Below are positions 18,010-26,643 of a DNA stretch of 60,043 nt, in pieces. The notes under the pieces are model-generated. The model made no database searches, was not told where the DNA came from, and worked only from the letters and a program-made list of their open reading frames with translations. The translations under genes were made by a program, and so were the position numbers. Source of the stretch: a virus (Duplodnaviria; Caudoviricetes); the IMG/VR virus record IMGVR_UViG_3300036818_000078, positions 1 through 60,043 of that record. The stretch is one strand, 5' to 3'. Position 1 is the first letter of the stretch; each line of letters begins with the position of its first letter.

Positions 18010-19979
18010 TGAGTGGAACAACTTTAGTAGTACAACGCAATTCTACCGTCATTAACGCTTCAGATTATGCGGGCGGTCGTATTCCTGACGGGGTAACCGA
18101 CTTTACTACAGTAATTCAGGCAGCACTCAATCAAGCTCATACCAATGGTGGTGGTACCGTCCTTGTTCCATTTGCAGGGAATGGGAATTATGTAATTAGC
18201 TCACCACTTGTCATTTATAGCAATACCACTCTGACCGTAGATCCAGGCGTGACAATAACAATGTCTGCAGGTGGAAACACCAACCTACTCAAGAACGCCT
18301 CAACCATTCCCTCTAGAACAGTTGCAGATGCTGTTACAACCGCAGCTTCTACAACAGTCACATCAGCAACCGCAAACTTTCAGGCTGGCGACGTGGGTAA
18401 AGCTGTGGGCGTACTTGGAGCGGGACCAAATTACGGACTCTCAACAGCTCCAGGATCACTGTATGGCACGATTGTCACCGTCAATAGCACAACAAGCGTG
18501 GTTCTGTCCGTTGCTGCAACAAGCTCTAAAACGAATGCAACACTAGCAGTATTTCCTGCTAGAGATACCAATATCACGGTTGTGGGCGGTTCATGGGATC
18601 GCGGTAATGCGGACTCTGTGTATCAATCACTCAATAGCCATAGCTTCTTCTTTCGTCGTGTCGATGGTCTGTTTTTCTCACAGGTCAAACAAATCAGCAA
18701 TGGTAGCCAAGGAATCGGTGGTCGATACGGATACTCAATTGCAGATGTCACAAAAGTTTTTGCTGAGAAGCTCGACTTTAACGTGGCAGGTGGAGGTATT
18801 CAGTTTGCAGGCCCTGCTCAGTACGTGACAATTCGTGGAATGACAGGCTTTTCCGGTGATGACCTGGTTGCTTTTGTCGCGACAGATGGACAAACGCAAG
18901 TCGGATCACTGCTGGGGGATGTGAACGGATCAATGACCGACATTCTTGTCGAAAACCTTCAGTGCAACAATGCCTATACTGCTCTCAAGATTGCATCGGG
19001 TATCGGCTCAAATAATGTCGCAAATACGATATCTAGGTTCAAAGCGCGTGATATCTTCGGCTCTACGATTTTCGGTCCTGTCAACATTGTTGATTACGCA
19101 GGTGCAACTACGTTTAGTGGTGAGATTGAAAATGTAAGCGTGGCACCCGGGGCGAATCAGCCGCTTATCAAGATTGCAGCAACAAATGCAGGAGAGGTTA
19201 TTCTAAAGGGTTTTAAATTTCCTAACCTGAGTACACCTAATACGGGCGTTATTAAGGTAGACCAACCCGTCACAAGCTTGATCATTAAAGATCTTGAGTT
19301 TATGTCTGCAAGTGCGACATCAGGCGCGATCATTCAGGTAAATACCACCTCTATAGCAAATCTCGTTATTGACGGTGCCCATACGCCGCTTAATCCAAGC
19401 GGTACCATCCACCTCATTCAGTTCAGCACAGCAAGCACTACAGTTACATCAATGCGACTGAGTAACATCTATCGAACATCGGGCGGGAATACAGTCAATG
19501 TAGTTGCTGCGAGCTATACATTTACAGATGTGCAATTTAACAATGTATATGAGTCAATAGCATCTTTGTTTGTTGCATCAGCAGATAGTGCCAACACAGT
19601 CAATATAGGGGCAAGCAACTGCCGATGTACCGGAGCGTTGATCATCCTGCAATCGCCTGCCAATATCGCATTAAACAATGTCAAGCATAGTCAGTCAGGC
19701 GGTGCTGTTCGTGCCAATTCCGCAGCTGCAACTCCCGTGCGTGTGCTTGGAGCAAACGTAGCGGTATCAGGCGGTACACTTTTTACTCGTACCGCAGCAC
19801 AAGCTCTGTCCGCAAATGGGTTGACCTTACTGCAAGATATATCACTCCTGACACCAACCGATCAGGATATTGTCAATAACAGCAATGGTGCTCTCAGTTG
19901 TGGTGCGGGATTGTGCATTTTCCACACGGGTGGTACAGGGAATGGATGGAAGAATCTGTACTCAGGGGCCACGTATTAG
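18009..19979 (+). CDS. Tail spike with pectate-lyase-like parallel beta-helix (putative depolymerase)
   Basis: 'DY.GG..PDGVTDFTTVIQAALN....GGGTVLVP..GNYVISSPL' Pectate_lyase_3-like start; 'SGDDLVAF' and repeated beta-helix rungs. Confidence 0.8.
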   Translation: MSGTTLVVQRNSTVINASDYAGGRIPDGVTDFTTVIQAALNQAHTNGGGTVLVPFAGNGNYVISSPLVIYSNTTLTVDPGVTITMSAGGNTNLLKNASTIPSRTVADAVTTAASTTVTSATANFQAGDVGKAVGVLGAGPNYGLSTAPGSLYGTIVTVNSTTSVVLSVAATSSKTNATLAVFPARDTNITVVGGSWDRGNADSVYQSLNSHSFFFRRVDGLFFSQVKQISNGSQGIGGRYGYSIADVTKVFAEKLDFNVAGGGIQFAGPAQYVTIRGMTGFSGDDLVAFVATDGQTQVGSLLGDVNGSMTDILVENLQCNNAYTALKIASGIGSNNVANTISRFKARDIFGSTIFGPVNIVDYAGATTFSGEIENVSVAPGANQPLIKIAATNAGEVILKGFKFPNLSTPNTGVIKVDQPVTSLIIKDLEFMSASATSGAIIQVNTTSIANLVIDGAHTPLNPSGTIHLIQFSTASTTVTSMRLSNIYRTSGGNTVNVVAASYTFTDVQFNNVYESIASLFVASADSANTVNIGASNCRCTGALIILQSPANIALNNVKHSQSGGAVRANSAAATPVRVLGANVAVSGGTLFTRTAAQALSANGLTLLQDISLLTPTDQDIVNNSNGALSCGAGLCIFHTGGTGNGWKNLYSGATY

Positions 19980-19995
19980 GAGGAATTATGGCAGT

Positions 19996-20247
19996 CTACA
20001 TGTCTGCATTCTCAGCTTTGCGTTTCGCACGACGTGCAGCATTGTATTCCCGTCGCCACGCAAGATTGTTCTTTTGCCAATCGCTATTGCGCTGCTTGAT
20101 CTTGTCGGGATCTTCTGCATATTGGAGGTCATCGCGGCGTTTATCGCCTGCCTTAGCTTTCTCAGGATTGTCCTTGCGCCACTTGGTGTGAGCGGCTTTC
20201 TTGTTCTGACGGCGCTCTTCATCGGTAAGTTTTCGAGGTCTGCTCAT
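19996..20247 (-). CDS. Small basic protein resembling the N-terminal arm of HNH endonucleases (possible remnant)
   Basis: 'KWRKDNPEK...DPDKIKQRNSDWQKNN...RREYNAARRAKRK' with no HNH catalytic domain following. Confidence 0.45.
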   Translation of the reverse strand: MSRPRKLTDEERRQNKKAAHTKWRKDNPEKAKAGDKRRDDLQYAEDPDKIKQRNSDWQKNNLAWRREYNAARRAKRKAENADM

Positions 20248-20373
20248 AGCGCAAGTGTAGCAAATCTCGACAATTGAGGCAATATGCCAAGATGTTTCAC
20301 CGTGCGAGAGGGATAGTTGAGCAGACGCACACGCTGGTATAGAATGACACATCATAAGGAGAATGAAAACGAC

Positions 20374-21795
20374 ATGATTTTTACACGTGAGCAGTGGTGT
20401 AGGGACGTGCTAAATCTCTTGGGTAACACGTCTCCTTCTGAACTGCTGATTAATTTTATGGTGGGATGGACTTGCTCTGAAACAAAAACAGATTCAGGAG
20501 CATTATTTAACTTGCTCAATTCTACACATGAAGCTCCTGAATCTACTGATTTCAATGCAACTGGTGTGCAGAACTATATCTCGTATGAGCAAGGCATACA
20601 AATGACTGTAGAGACACTAAACGGCAAATATTATCCTAGTCTTCTATCAGCATTAAAAAATAATACGATAACAAATCCTCTTAGTCTTGATATTCTTGCA
20701 AATTTGCATATGTGGTGCGGAGGCTGCGGATATGGAGAGAACTTTGTTCATCTTGGAGAGTTGCATAGAAACGATACATTTGGAGGTATCATGCAAATTA
20801 TTCCGTTGTTCAACAATAACTGTTTTAAAGGTGCGAACAATCCACGTTACATCATCCTGCACGGGACAGCAGGGGGCGCTAGTGCTTTGAACATCGCCCA
20901 ATACTTCAAAGGAACTGAAGGAGGCAATAACCCTACTAGTGCTCACTATGTCATTGATCAGGCAGGTGTCATTTATCAATGCAATAGTGAGGATGATGGT
21001 GCGTGGGCAAATGGAGTAGTTTCAGCAGGGCATGATCCATGGTGGAATGTGAACGGTAATCCCAATCCTAACAACATCACCATCTCAATTGAGCATGTAA
21101 AACCTGATACAGCGAACGCTACTCCGCTCACTCCTGCCCAGCAGGCTGCAAGTTTTGCGCTCGTAGCTGATATTTGCGAGCGGAGAGGAATACCTAAACG
21201 CCCTGCCGATGCATTAGGCGGAGTGACCGGACACTTTTCAATAGATCCTGTGAATCGCGCACGCTGTCCAGGTCCGTACAATTGGGACGCTTTGTGGGAG
21301 CATTTAGCAGGAAATCAACCGGAGGATATACCAGTGACCATCGATTTAACAAACGCTACTGTTGCATCACACTTTACCGGAGATGCTAATCAGTGGACAT
21401 GCAAAGATACGAAATTTACTCTGCATGGTGAAATCCTGACTTTCTATCAATCCTTTGGAGGTAACTCGCTATGCGGGCTTACACACCTGGGATTGCCTCT
21501 ATCAGCAGAAACGCCCATTCTCGGCAAACTAGGGACGGTCTACCAACGCTTTGAGCGTGGCGTACTTGCATTCGATCCCAACAAATTAACCGATAATCCG
21601 CCAGGATCGGGCCGTGTGTACTTGCTCCATATCGATAGCGGGCTGGGCCAAGACCCTCGAGTCGCCATTCTACAGGCACAGGTAGACAATCTCAAAAATC
21701 TGCCAGTGGTAGCCAATTTAGAACAAATTACCACTATCGGACAACGTATTCGTGATGACGTCGATCTTGTTGTAAAGCTTGCTACAGTCATTTAG
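20374..21795 (+). CDS. Modular endolysin: N-terminal lysozyme-like domain + Amidase_2 + LGFP-like C-terminal domain
   Basis: Amidase_2 motifs 'IILHGTAG', 'SAHYVID', 'ISIEH', 'GH......RCPG'; C-terminal 'LGLPLSAE...VYQRFERGVL'; start chosen after AAGGAG. Confidence 0.85.
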   Translation: MIFTREQWCRDVLNLLGNTSPSELLINFMVGWTCSETKTDSGALFNLLNSTHEAPESTDFNATGVQNYISYEQGIQMTVETLNGKYYPSLLSALKNNTITNPLSLDILANLHMWCGGCGYGENFVHLGELHRNDTFGGIMQIIPLFNNNCFKGANNPRYIILHGTAGGASALNIAQYFKGTEGGNNPTSAHYVIDQAGVIYQCNSEDDGAWANGVVSAGHDPWWNVNGNPNPNNITISIEHVKPDTANATPLTPAQQAASFALVADICERRGIPKRPADALGGVTGHFSIDPVNRARCPGPYNWDALWEHLAGNQPEDIPVTIDLTNATVASHFTGDANQWTCKDTKFTLHGEILTFYQSFGGNSLCGLTHLGLPLSAETPILGKLGTVYQRFERGVLAFDPNKLTDNPPGSGRVYLLHIDSGLGQDPRVAILQAQVDNLKNLPVVANLEQITTIGQRIRDDVDLVVKLATVI

Positions 21796-21811
21796 GAAAG
21801 GAAGTGATACT

Positions 21812-21910
21812 ATGCTGCATTTTCTTATGAATTGTCTTAACCCGCTCGCTGTCCTCATGCTGTTTACGGGAAGGGACATGTACCAAATGAGCTTAAATAC
21901 ATGTCCCTGA
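21812..21910 (+). pseudogene. Short ORF (32 aa), possible truncated paralog of the membrane protein at 22830
   Basis: GGAAAGGAAG RBS; MLHFLMNCLNPLAVLMLF resembles MPFLLKLVEPHAVTALF. Confidence 0.35.
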
Positions 21911-21915
21911 AAGAT

Positions 21916-22704
21916 CTAAAGGATATTGGTGTAGGCATGAGAACCAAAGATACGTATCGAAGCCTCGTTATAGGCACAAGCAGCTTCTTCGGCGGTATCA
22001 AAAGCACCGAGGTAGATGTGTTTTCCCTGGTGTTTAATTTGTGCTACCCAGTGGTTTCGCCTTTTCTCCCAAATTACACCGCGATAACCGCTTGTATTGC
22101 GTTTGTAAAGTCGTCCTACGGTGCTTTCAACCTGGATATCTGGCAAACCTTCATTGATGCGTGCAAAATCCTGATAATAATGCAATGCCGCCTTGTTGTA
22201 TTGAATGGCAGCTTCTTCTGGAGTGTCGTAAAGTCCCAAATGAATGAATTTGCCGTCAACAGAAATAGTTGCCCTCCATTTGTTTTGATGAGAAAAAACA
22301 CCCTTGTAAGGGCGTGTGCTAGAAATCTTGCCACGATTCATAACATTTTGTGCAATTGTAGCAAGTCGCAAGTTTTCTCTCCGATTATTCAGCGTATCCA
22401 AATCCTGATGATCCGTGACTTCTTGCGGATGAGGAAGCAAAGGGCGTCCGAGTTTGCGCTCCAAGATCGTACGATGCAAGCTAATGCGCCCATGCTGTTG
22501 CGATATGCCACTACCATGGCGTACGGCATATCCTCTTTGCACATGCCACTTGTATTGAGCCAAATCGCGATCTATTTCATCAATCAAGGCAAATTTGCCT
22601 TGAGAGAGTGGGATGAGAATTGTAGGAATATTGTTCTGAGGGGAGCTGAGTGCGTCAAAAACAAAGGTGTGCTGAGTGAGGTTTTCTGGTATACTGGTGT
22701 CCAT
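21916..22704 (-). CDS. HNH homing endonuclease with two AP2 domains
   Basis: 'IPLSQGKFALID', 'LHR.I', 'TDH...DTLNNRRENLR', and two AP2 motifs 'KWRATI...HLG.YDTPEEAA..YN'; own RBS and TTGAGA/TGGTATACT promoter upstream. Confidence 0.9.
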   Translation of the reverse strand: MDTSIPENLTQHTFVFDALSSPQNNIPTILIPLSQGKFALIDEIDRDLAQYKWHVQRGYAVRHGSGISQQHGRISLHRTILERKLGRPLLPHPQEVTDHQDLDTLNNRRENLRLATIAQNVMNRGKISSTRPYKGVFSHQNKWRATISVDGKFIHLGLYDTPEEAAIQYNKAALHYYQDFARINEGLPDIQVESTVGRLYKRNTSGYRGVIWEKRRNHWVAQIKHQGKHIYLGAFDTAEEAACAYNEASIRIFGSHAYTNIL

Positions 22705-22829
22705 AGCAAGAGTTCCTTTCTTGTTATCACGGCTCCGGCTATTCCAGTAGCGCGGGGCCAAAACCATGTCAATTTGACCTCTTCAGTATACCACAAATCG
22801 GCTTCTCAAGCAAGTTTAGGAGGTGTCAC

Positions 22830-23006
22830 ATGCCTTTTTTATTAAAACTAGTAGAACCTCACGCGGTTACGGCTTTATTCGTAGCGGCTTCCTGCCTCTT
22901 CGGTTTTGGCTATCCAGGCTATCAAGCTCGCAATTGGGCATGGGTACTTTGGCTTATCATTGGCATTCTTGCCATAGTTTCTTGGGTCATGCTCGTATTC
23001 TCTTGA
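22830..23006 (+). CDS. Small two-TM membrane protein (holin-like), not in ORF track
   Basis: AGGAGGTG RBS; 58 aa MPFLLKLVEPHAVTALFVAASCLFGFGYPGYQARNWAWVLWLIIGILAIVSWVMLVFS. Confidence 0.6.
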   Translation: MPFLLKLVEPHAVTALFVAASCLFGFGYPGYQARNWAWVLWLIIGILAIVSWVMLVFS

Positions 23007-23038
23007 CGTCTCTGTGCTCTTTGCAGTAAAGGCGATGT

Positions 23039-23329
23039 ATGACAGATCAGTATGGAAGAGATCCGCGTGTGGACAAACATGAACAGATCCTTGACAAGCT
23101 CGTAGAGCAGCAAATAAGGATAGAAGAGATATTGAAAGTACAGATCAGGCGTGCTGATATTCAAGAAGCAGCACTAAAAGACAAGGATGATGCTGACCGG
23201 AAACGGGATTTGAAGTTAGCGGAAACGCTCGCGACAATGGGCCAATCTATGACCATGATCAAATGGGTAGCGGGACTCATAGGTGGCACTCTTATCCTCA
23301 ATTTTGCTCAGCATTTTCTACCTAAGTAA
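23039..23329 (+). CDS. Coiled-coil protein with C-terminal TM (XhlA-like lysis accessory)
   Basis: Coiled coil followed by 'IKWVAGLIGGTLIL'. Confidence 0.6.
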   Translation: MTDQYGRDPRVDKHEQILDKLVEQQIRIEEILKVQIRRADIQEAALKDKDDADRKRDLKLAETLATMGQSMTMIKWVAGLIGGTLILNFAQHFLPK

Positions 23330-23341
23330 GGAGGTGAGTGC

Positions 23342-23653
23342 TTGACACTTACTGTAGTAGATATCACTCCTATCATATTCTGCTTGATAGGGATAGTTAT
23401 ACCGCAATTCTACAGCAACACAAAATATAAGGCTGCTGTGATTGTTGTATGTATGTTTATTGTTTCGTTCGCTGGCGCTTGGATTATGCAGGTATCATTC
23501 AAACAACCATTTAGTATGATGTTTTCGCGTCTATTCTCGTTGATAGGAATATCACACGTCGTGTTTAGTACATCGCAGTCGGCCATGTATTGGAAAGTCG
23601 TACTCCAAAGAGTAGGATTTTACAAGAAAGAAGAGGAAGAGGAAAAACCATGA
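23342..23653 (+). CDS. Putative holin (3 TM)
   Basis: Three hydrophobic segments, charged C-terminus, AAGGAGGTG RBS, lysis cassette. Confidence 0.55.
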   Translation: MTLTVVDITPIIFCLIGIVIPQFYSNTKYKAAVIVVCMFIVSFAGAWIMQVSFKQPFSMMFSRLFSLIGISHVVFSTSQSAMYWKVVLQRVGFYKKEEEEEKP

Positions 23654-24045
23654 ACGTACCTATTGTCAACGTTATTATCGATCAATTTGCTTTGTACATC
23701 CTACCACCACTCATAGCATTTGTGTGGACTACTGGCGTTGTATACGCTCGCAAGGCTGGTGAGAAGCTTCCATCAAATGTGCGTAAAGTACTCTGGGACT
23801 ATGCGAACACAGTAGTCAAAAGCGTCATGCAGAAGGCCAATGAGGACTGGACGGATGAGCAGAAGAAGACCTATGCAGTAGGTGAGATACGACTGCTTCT
23901 CAATAAAGTAAGCAGGAAAGTGAGCGCCATGGTACCGGACGAGCTGATAGGCCATGTTGTTGAGCAAGTCATCTTCGAGATCAAGAAGGCGATTCCCCCT
24001 GTAGACCCACCTACACAACCTGCAATCAGGAGAGCAAGCCTATGA
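23650..24045 (+). CDS. Putative LL-H-like holin
   Basis: N-terminal TM; 'VVKSVMQ...EQKKTYAV...IGHVVEQVIFEIK' pattern. Confidence 0.55.
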   Translation: MNVPIVNVIIDQFALYILPPLIAFVWTTGVVYARKAGEKLPSNVRKVLWDYANTVVKSVMQKANEDWTDEQKKTYAVGEIRLLLNKVSRKVSAMVPDELIGHVVEQVIFEIKKAIPPVDPPTQPAIRRASL

Positions 24046-24392
24046 GCCTGCAATCAGCTCAACAGGATATCATCGATGCACAGGCTGCGCTCCTAGCCCT
24101 AGGGACAATCACACCAAGCAACTTTGATCAGGCACGTGTGCAGATAGCAAAATGGAATAATGCCCAGCTCGAGATACAGAAGTATCAGAACGAGCAGTTT
24201 CGCCCCGACGCCTTCAGCTTGATCAATCAAATTCAGTCGGCAGCAGCAAATAGTGACAAGGTGAGCGTCATTTCACTCTTCTTGCGCAAATTTGCCGAAT
24301 ATGCTGCAACACAGACGCAAGCTTTAGAGCCGACGCATCCTACTGTAAAAAGTATTGTAGATGCTATGGGGCCAATGGGCACGGGGAATTAG
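24042..24392 (+). CDS. Hypothetical protein
   Basis: 116-aa ORF overlapping the upstream stop, AGGAG RBS. Confidence 0.55.
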   Translation: MSLQSAQQDIIDAQAALLALGTITPSNFDQARVQIAKWNNAQLEIQKYQNEQFRPDAFSLINQIQSAAANSDKVSVISLFLRKFAEYAATQTQALEPTHPTVKSIVDAMGPMGTGN

Positions 24393-24403
24393 GAGAGGGA
24401 TGA

Positions 24404-24486
24404 CGGAGGATACAGGAGTCGAACCTGCATAGGTTTTATCCTAGACGGTTTAGCAAACCGCTTCAATACCGTTATGACAATCCTCC
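24404..24486 (-). tRNA. tRNA-Ser(GCT)
   Basis: GGAGGAT/ATCCTCC acceptor stem, GCGGT-TTGCTAA-ACCGT anticodon arm, long variable arm, GGTTCGACTCC T-arm; no encoded CCA. Confidence 0.85.
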
Positions 24487-24488
24487 AA

Positions 24489-24560
24489 GGCCCCTAACAG
24501 GACTTGAACCCGTAACATGCGCTTTACAGGAGCGCTGCTCTACCATTGAGCTATAGGGGC
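24489..24560 (-). tRNA. tRNA-Thr(TGT), with C at position 33
   Basis: GCCCCTA/TAGGGGC acceptor, AGCTCAATGGTAGAGC D-arm, GCGCT-CCTGTAA-AGCGC anticodon arm, GGTTCAAGTCC T-arm. Confidence 0.85.
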
Positions 24561-24563
24561 AAA

Positions 24564-24644
24564 CGGTAGAGACACGAGTCGAACGCGCTAGGCTGTTACA
24601 CCCGACTGTTTTCAAGACAGTTTCCCACCGTTGGGCTCTCTACC
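24564..24644 (-). tRNA. tRNA-Ser(TGA), atypical D-arm
   Basis: GGTAGAG/CTCTACC acceptor, ACTGT-CTTGAAA-ACAGT anticodon arm, long variable arm, GTTCGACTC T-loop. Confidence 0.75.
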
Positions 24645-24692
24645 AAGGCAAGTATAGCACCTTTTGCAAGGGGAATCTAACAGGAGAACAAA

Positions 24693-24857
24693 ATGTACAT
24701 TGTCGTAACAGAAGTGGAAGATGAGCAGAAGATGAGCACTATTGCTACTCTTCTCTACAAAGAAGGCACTTTCATTGTGTGGAAGTTTTTTGGACATCCT
24801 GACGATATAGAGCGTCTTGGCATCGCTATCAAAGGAATGGTACTCATACAGGTATAG
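24693..24857 (+). CDS. Small hypothetical protein (54 aa), not in ORF track
   Basis: CAGGAG RBS, ORF MYIVVTEVEDEQK...GMVLIQV ending just before the RBS of the protease gene. Confidence 0.45.
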   Translation: MYIVVTEVEDEQKMSTIATLLYKEGTFIVWKFFGHPDDIERLGIAIKGMVLIQV

Positions 24858-24869
24858 AAGGAGATTAAT

Positions 24870-25616
24870 TTGACACAACACGCATATGGTAGGCTGCCTG
24901 ACCTGGAAGATTTTAGAGATCACACGTTTCAAATGGCACCTAGTGTTGCGCTGCCACCACTAGTCGATTTGAGGCCACAGTGTCACGCGGTTGAGGATCA
25001 GTTGAATTTGGGAGCCTGCACATCTTTCGCCGCTGGCGAGGCTATCAGAATGGCTAGAGAGAAACAGGGGCTACCTGACTTTGTGACCTCGCACCTTTTT
25101 CTCTACTATAATTCTCGCTCTAAGAGCACAAAGTCCGTTGACGCGGGAGCGACGATCAGGGATACCATCAAAGCTGCAGCAACCTTTGGGGACTGTGCGG
25201 AGACCGACTGGCCGTATGATATCTCCAAGTTTGCGAGCAAGCCTCCTGCTCAAAGCTATACCGATGCCAAGACAGATAGAGCGATTAGCTACTTGAGAGT
25301 TGCGCAGAGCTTGACGCAGATCAAGAATTGCCTAGCTCAGGGATTTTCACTAGACATCGGCTTTACTGTATACCAGTCATTCGAGAGTCAACAAGTAGCA
25401 GATACGGGAATAGTGCCTATGCCAAGCAAGAGAGAGTCAGTCTTGGGAGGACATAGTGTGCTTGTTGTGGGCTATCGTGACTCTGATAGCCGTTTTATAT
25501 GCAAGAATAGCTGGAGTGCGTCATGGGGAGACAAGGGATACTTTTACATGCCATATGCCTACTTGCAGGATAGTGGACTTTCAAGCGATTTCTGGACGGT
25601 GCGAGCCATCGGATAA
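24870..25616 (+). CDS. Papain-family (C1A) cysteine peptidase
   Basis: 'DQLNLGACTSFA' (Gln/Cys), 'GGHSVLVVGY' (His), 'KNSWSASWGDKGYF' (Asn). Confidence 0.9.
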   Translation: MTQHAYGRLPDLEDFRDHTFQMAPSVALPPLVDLRPQCHAVEDQLNLGACTSFAAGEAIRMAREKQGLPDFVTSHLFLYYNSRSKSTKSVDAGATIRDTIKAAATFGDCAETDWPYDISKFASKPPAQSYTDAKTDRAISYLRVAQSLTQIKNCLAQGFSLDIGFTVYQSFESQQVADTGIVPMPSKRESVLGGHSVLVVGYRDSDSRFICKNSWSASWGDKGYFYMPYAYLQDSGLSSDFWTVRAIG

Positions 25617-25633
25617 GCTTGTGTAACTTTTTG

Positions 25634-25670
25634 ACAAAAAGAGAGGGTAGAATTGTATCTACCCTCTCTT
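25634..25670 (-). terminator. Intrinsic terminator between convergent late and early blocks
   Basis: AAGAGAGGGTAGA-attgta-TCTACCCTCTCTT hairpin with A-tract on the left. Confidence 0.7.
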
Positions 25671-25792
25671 GCTGCATTAATCACGGAAAAACATCCAATG
25701 TAAAAGTTTTGCCATTCCGAAGCAGCCGATCATGAACAGGAAAATGAAAAGAATAGCACCTGCAAGAGGCAAGATTTCCATATCATTTTCTC

Positions 25793-25996
25793 CTATGGCA
25801 AGATGTCAATTCGTGGCTGTTTGTCCAGAGGGAGTGAACGGCTCCCATTGGCATACTGGATCTGCCAATCTAATTGAAACTTTCCATTTTCAAGCTTTAT
25901 AGTGTTCTGGATGACAGTGCTAGCACTGTCATCCAGCTCTCTTTGATAGCCGATGCACTTTTGCCCGACTATTTTCTCAACTTGATTTTCCATCAT
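25793..25996 (-). CDS. Hypothetical protein
   Basis: GAGGG RBS before MMENQVEK; contains a 30-bp palindrome. Confidence 0.45.
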   Translation of the reverse strand: MMENQVEKIVGQKCIGYQRELDDSASTVIQNTIKLENGKFQLDWQIQYANGSRSLPLDKQPRIDILP

Positions 25997-26261
25997 TCCC
26001 TCTTTCTTGCCATTCTCGACAAATACGCTGTACTTCTTCTGCTGACTCAAATCCCAGGACTTGAGCAATCTTCTCTGCAAAGATGAGCCGGGGGATATTC
26101 TCCCCTTTCTCCCATCTCTGGACTTGATAGGAGCCCGTTGTACCAAGGGAAAAAGCTTTGGCACCCTTGACTAAAGACAGTCCTTTAGCAAGGCGAGCTG
26201 CTTTGAGAGGATGGATATCTTCAGGCACCACTCGCTTCCTTTGCTCTCCATCGATACTCAC
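25977..26261 (-). CDS. XRE-family HTH protein
   Basis: 'LKAARLAKGLS....A......QVQRWEKGENIP...AEKIAQVLG'. Confidence 0.8.
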   Translation of the reverse strand: MSIDGEQRKRVVPEDIHPLKAARLAKGLSLVKGAKAFSLGTTGSYQVQRWEKGENIPRLIFAEKIAQVLGFESAEEVQRICREWQERGNDGKSS

Positions 26262-26487
26262 CGTATTGTCCCCCTACGAATTTCGCGCCGTCCTCACGTA
26301 CAAAGCCTTTCATGCGACGGCACATAGCATCCGCTGTCGTGTAGGGGACATGTGCAAGAGACGCAATTTCCTTAAAAGAATGACGATGATCTTTATCACT
26401 AATTTCAAGACTCAAGATGACTTCCCGTGTCTTTTGCTCTCTTTCTTTCTCTGCTGACATTTTCAATTCCTTTTCTGCTAAACACAT
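26221..26487 (-). CDS. Putative HTH DNA-binding protein
   Basis: 'SFKEIASLAHVPYTTA' helix-turn-helix-like segment. Confidence 0.5.
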   Translation of the reverse strand: MCLAEKELKMSAEKEREQKTREVILSLEISDKDHRHSFKEIASLAHVPYTTADAMCRRMKGFVREDGAKFVGGQYGEYRWRAKEASGA

Positions 26488-26502
26488 TTATCAACTACTC
26501 AT

Positions 26503-26531
26503 AGTATAGCGCAATTGCGCCTATCTGTCAA
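26503..26531 (-). promoter_or_regulatory. Sigma70-type promoter with palindromic spacer
   Basis: Minus strand TTGACA-17 nt-TATACT; spacer contains GCGCAATTGCGC. Confidence 0.75.
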
Positions 26532-26643
26532 GGGCTTTTGGCACCAATTTAGGGCTCAACAAAAAGGCATTGATATGCATGAGTTCATCAGCTATACTTC
26601 TGGTAGAGATATTTACTATACATGAGCTTGTCAGGAGGGCCAT

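Noticed and set aside
11557-19979. Diversity-generating retroelement acting on tail genes
   Set aside because: No reverse transcriptase ORF in the genome and no adenine-specific TR/VR pair noticed
21901-22845. 314-aa + strand ORF
   Set aside because: Antisense shadow of the HNH-AP2 gene, which has clear motifs, RBS and promoter
24612-24932. 106-aa minus-strand ORF
   Set aside because: Overlaps tRNA-Ser(TGA), the protease start and a + strand ORF with an RBS
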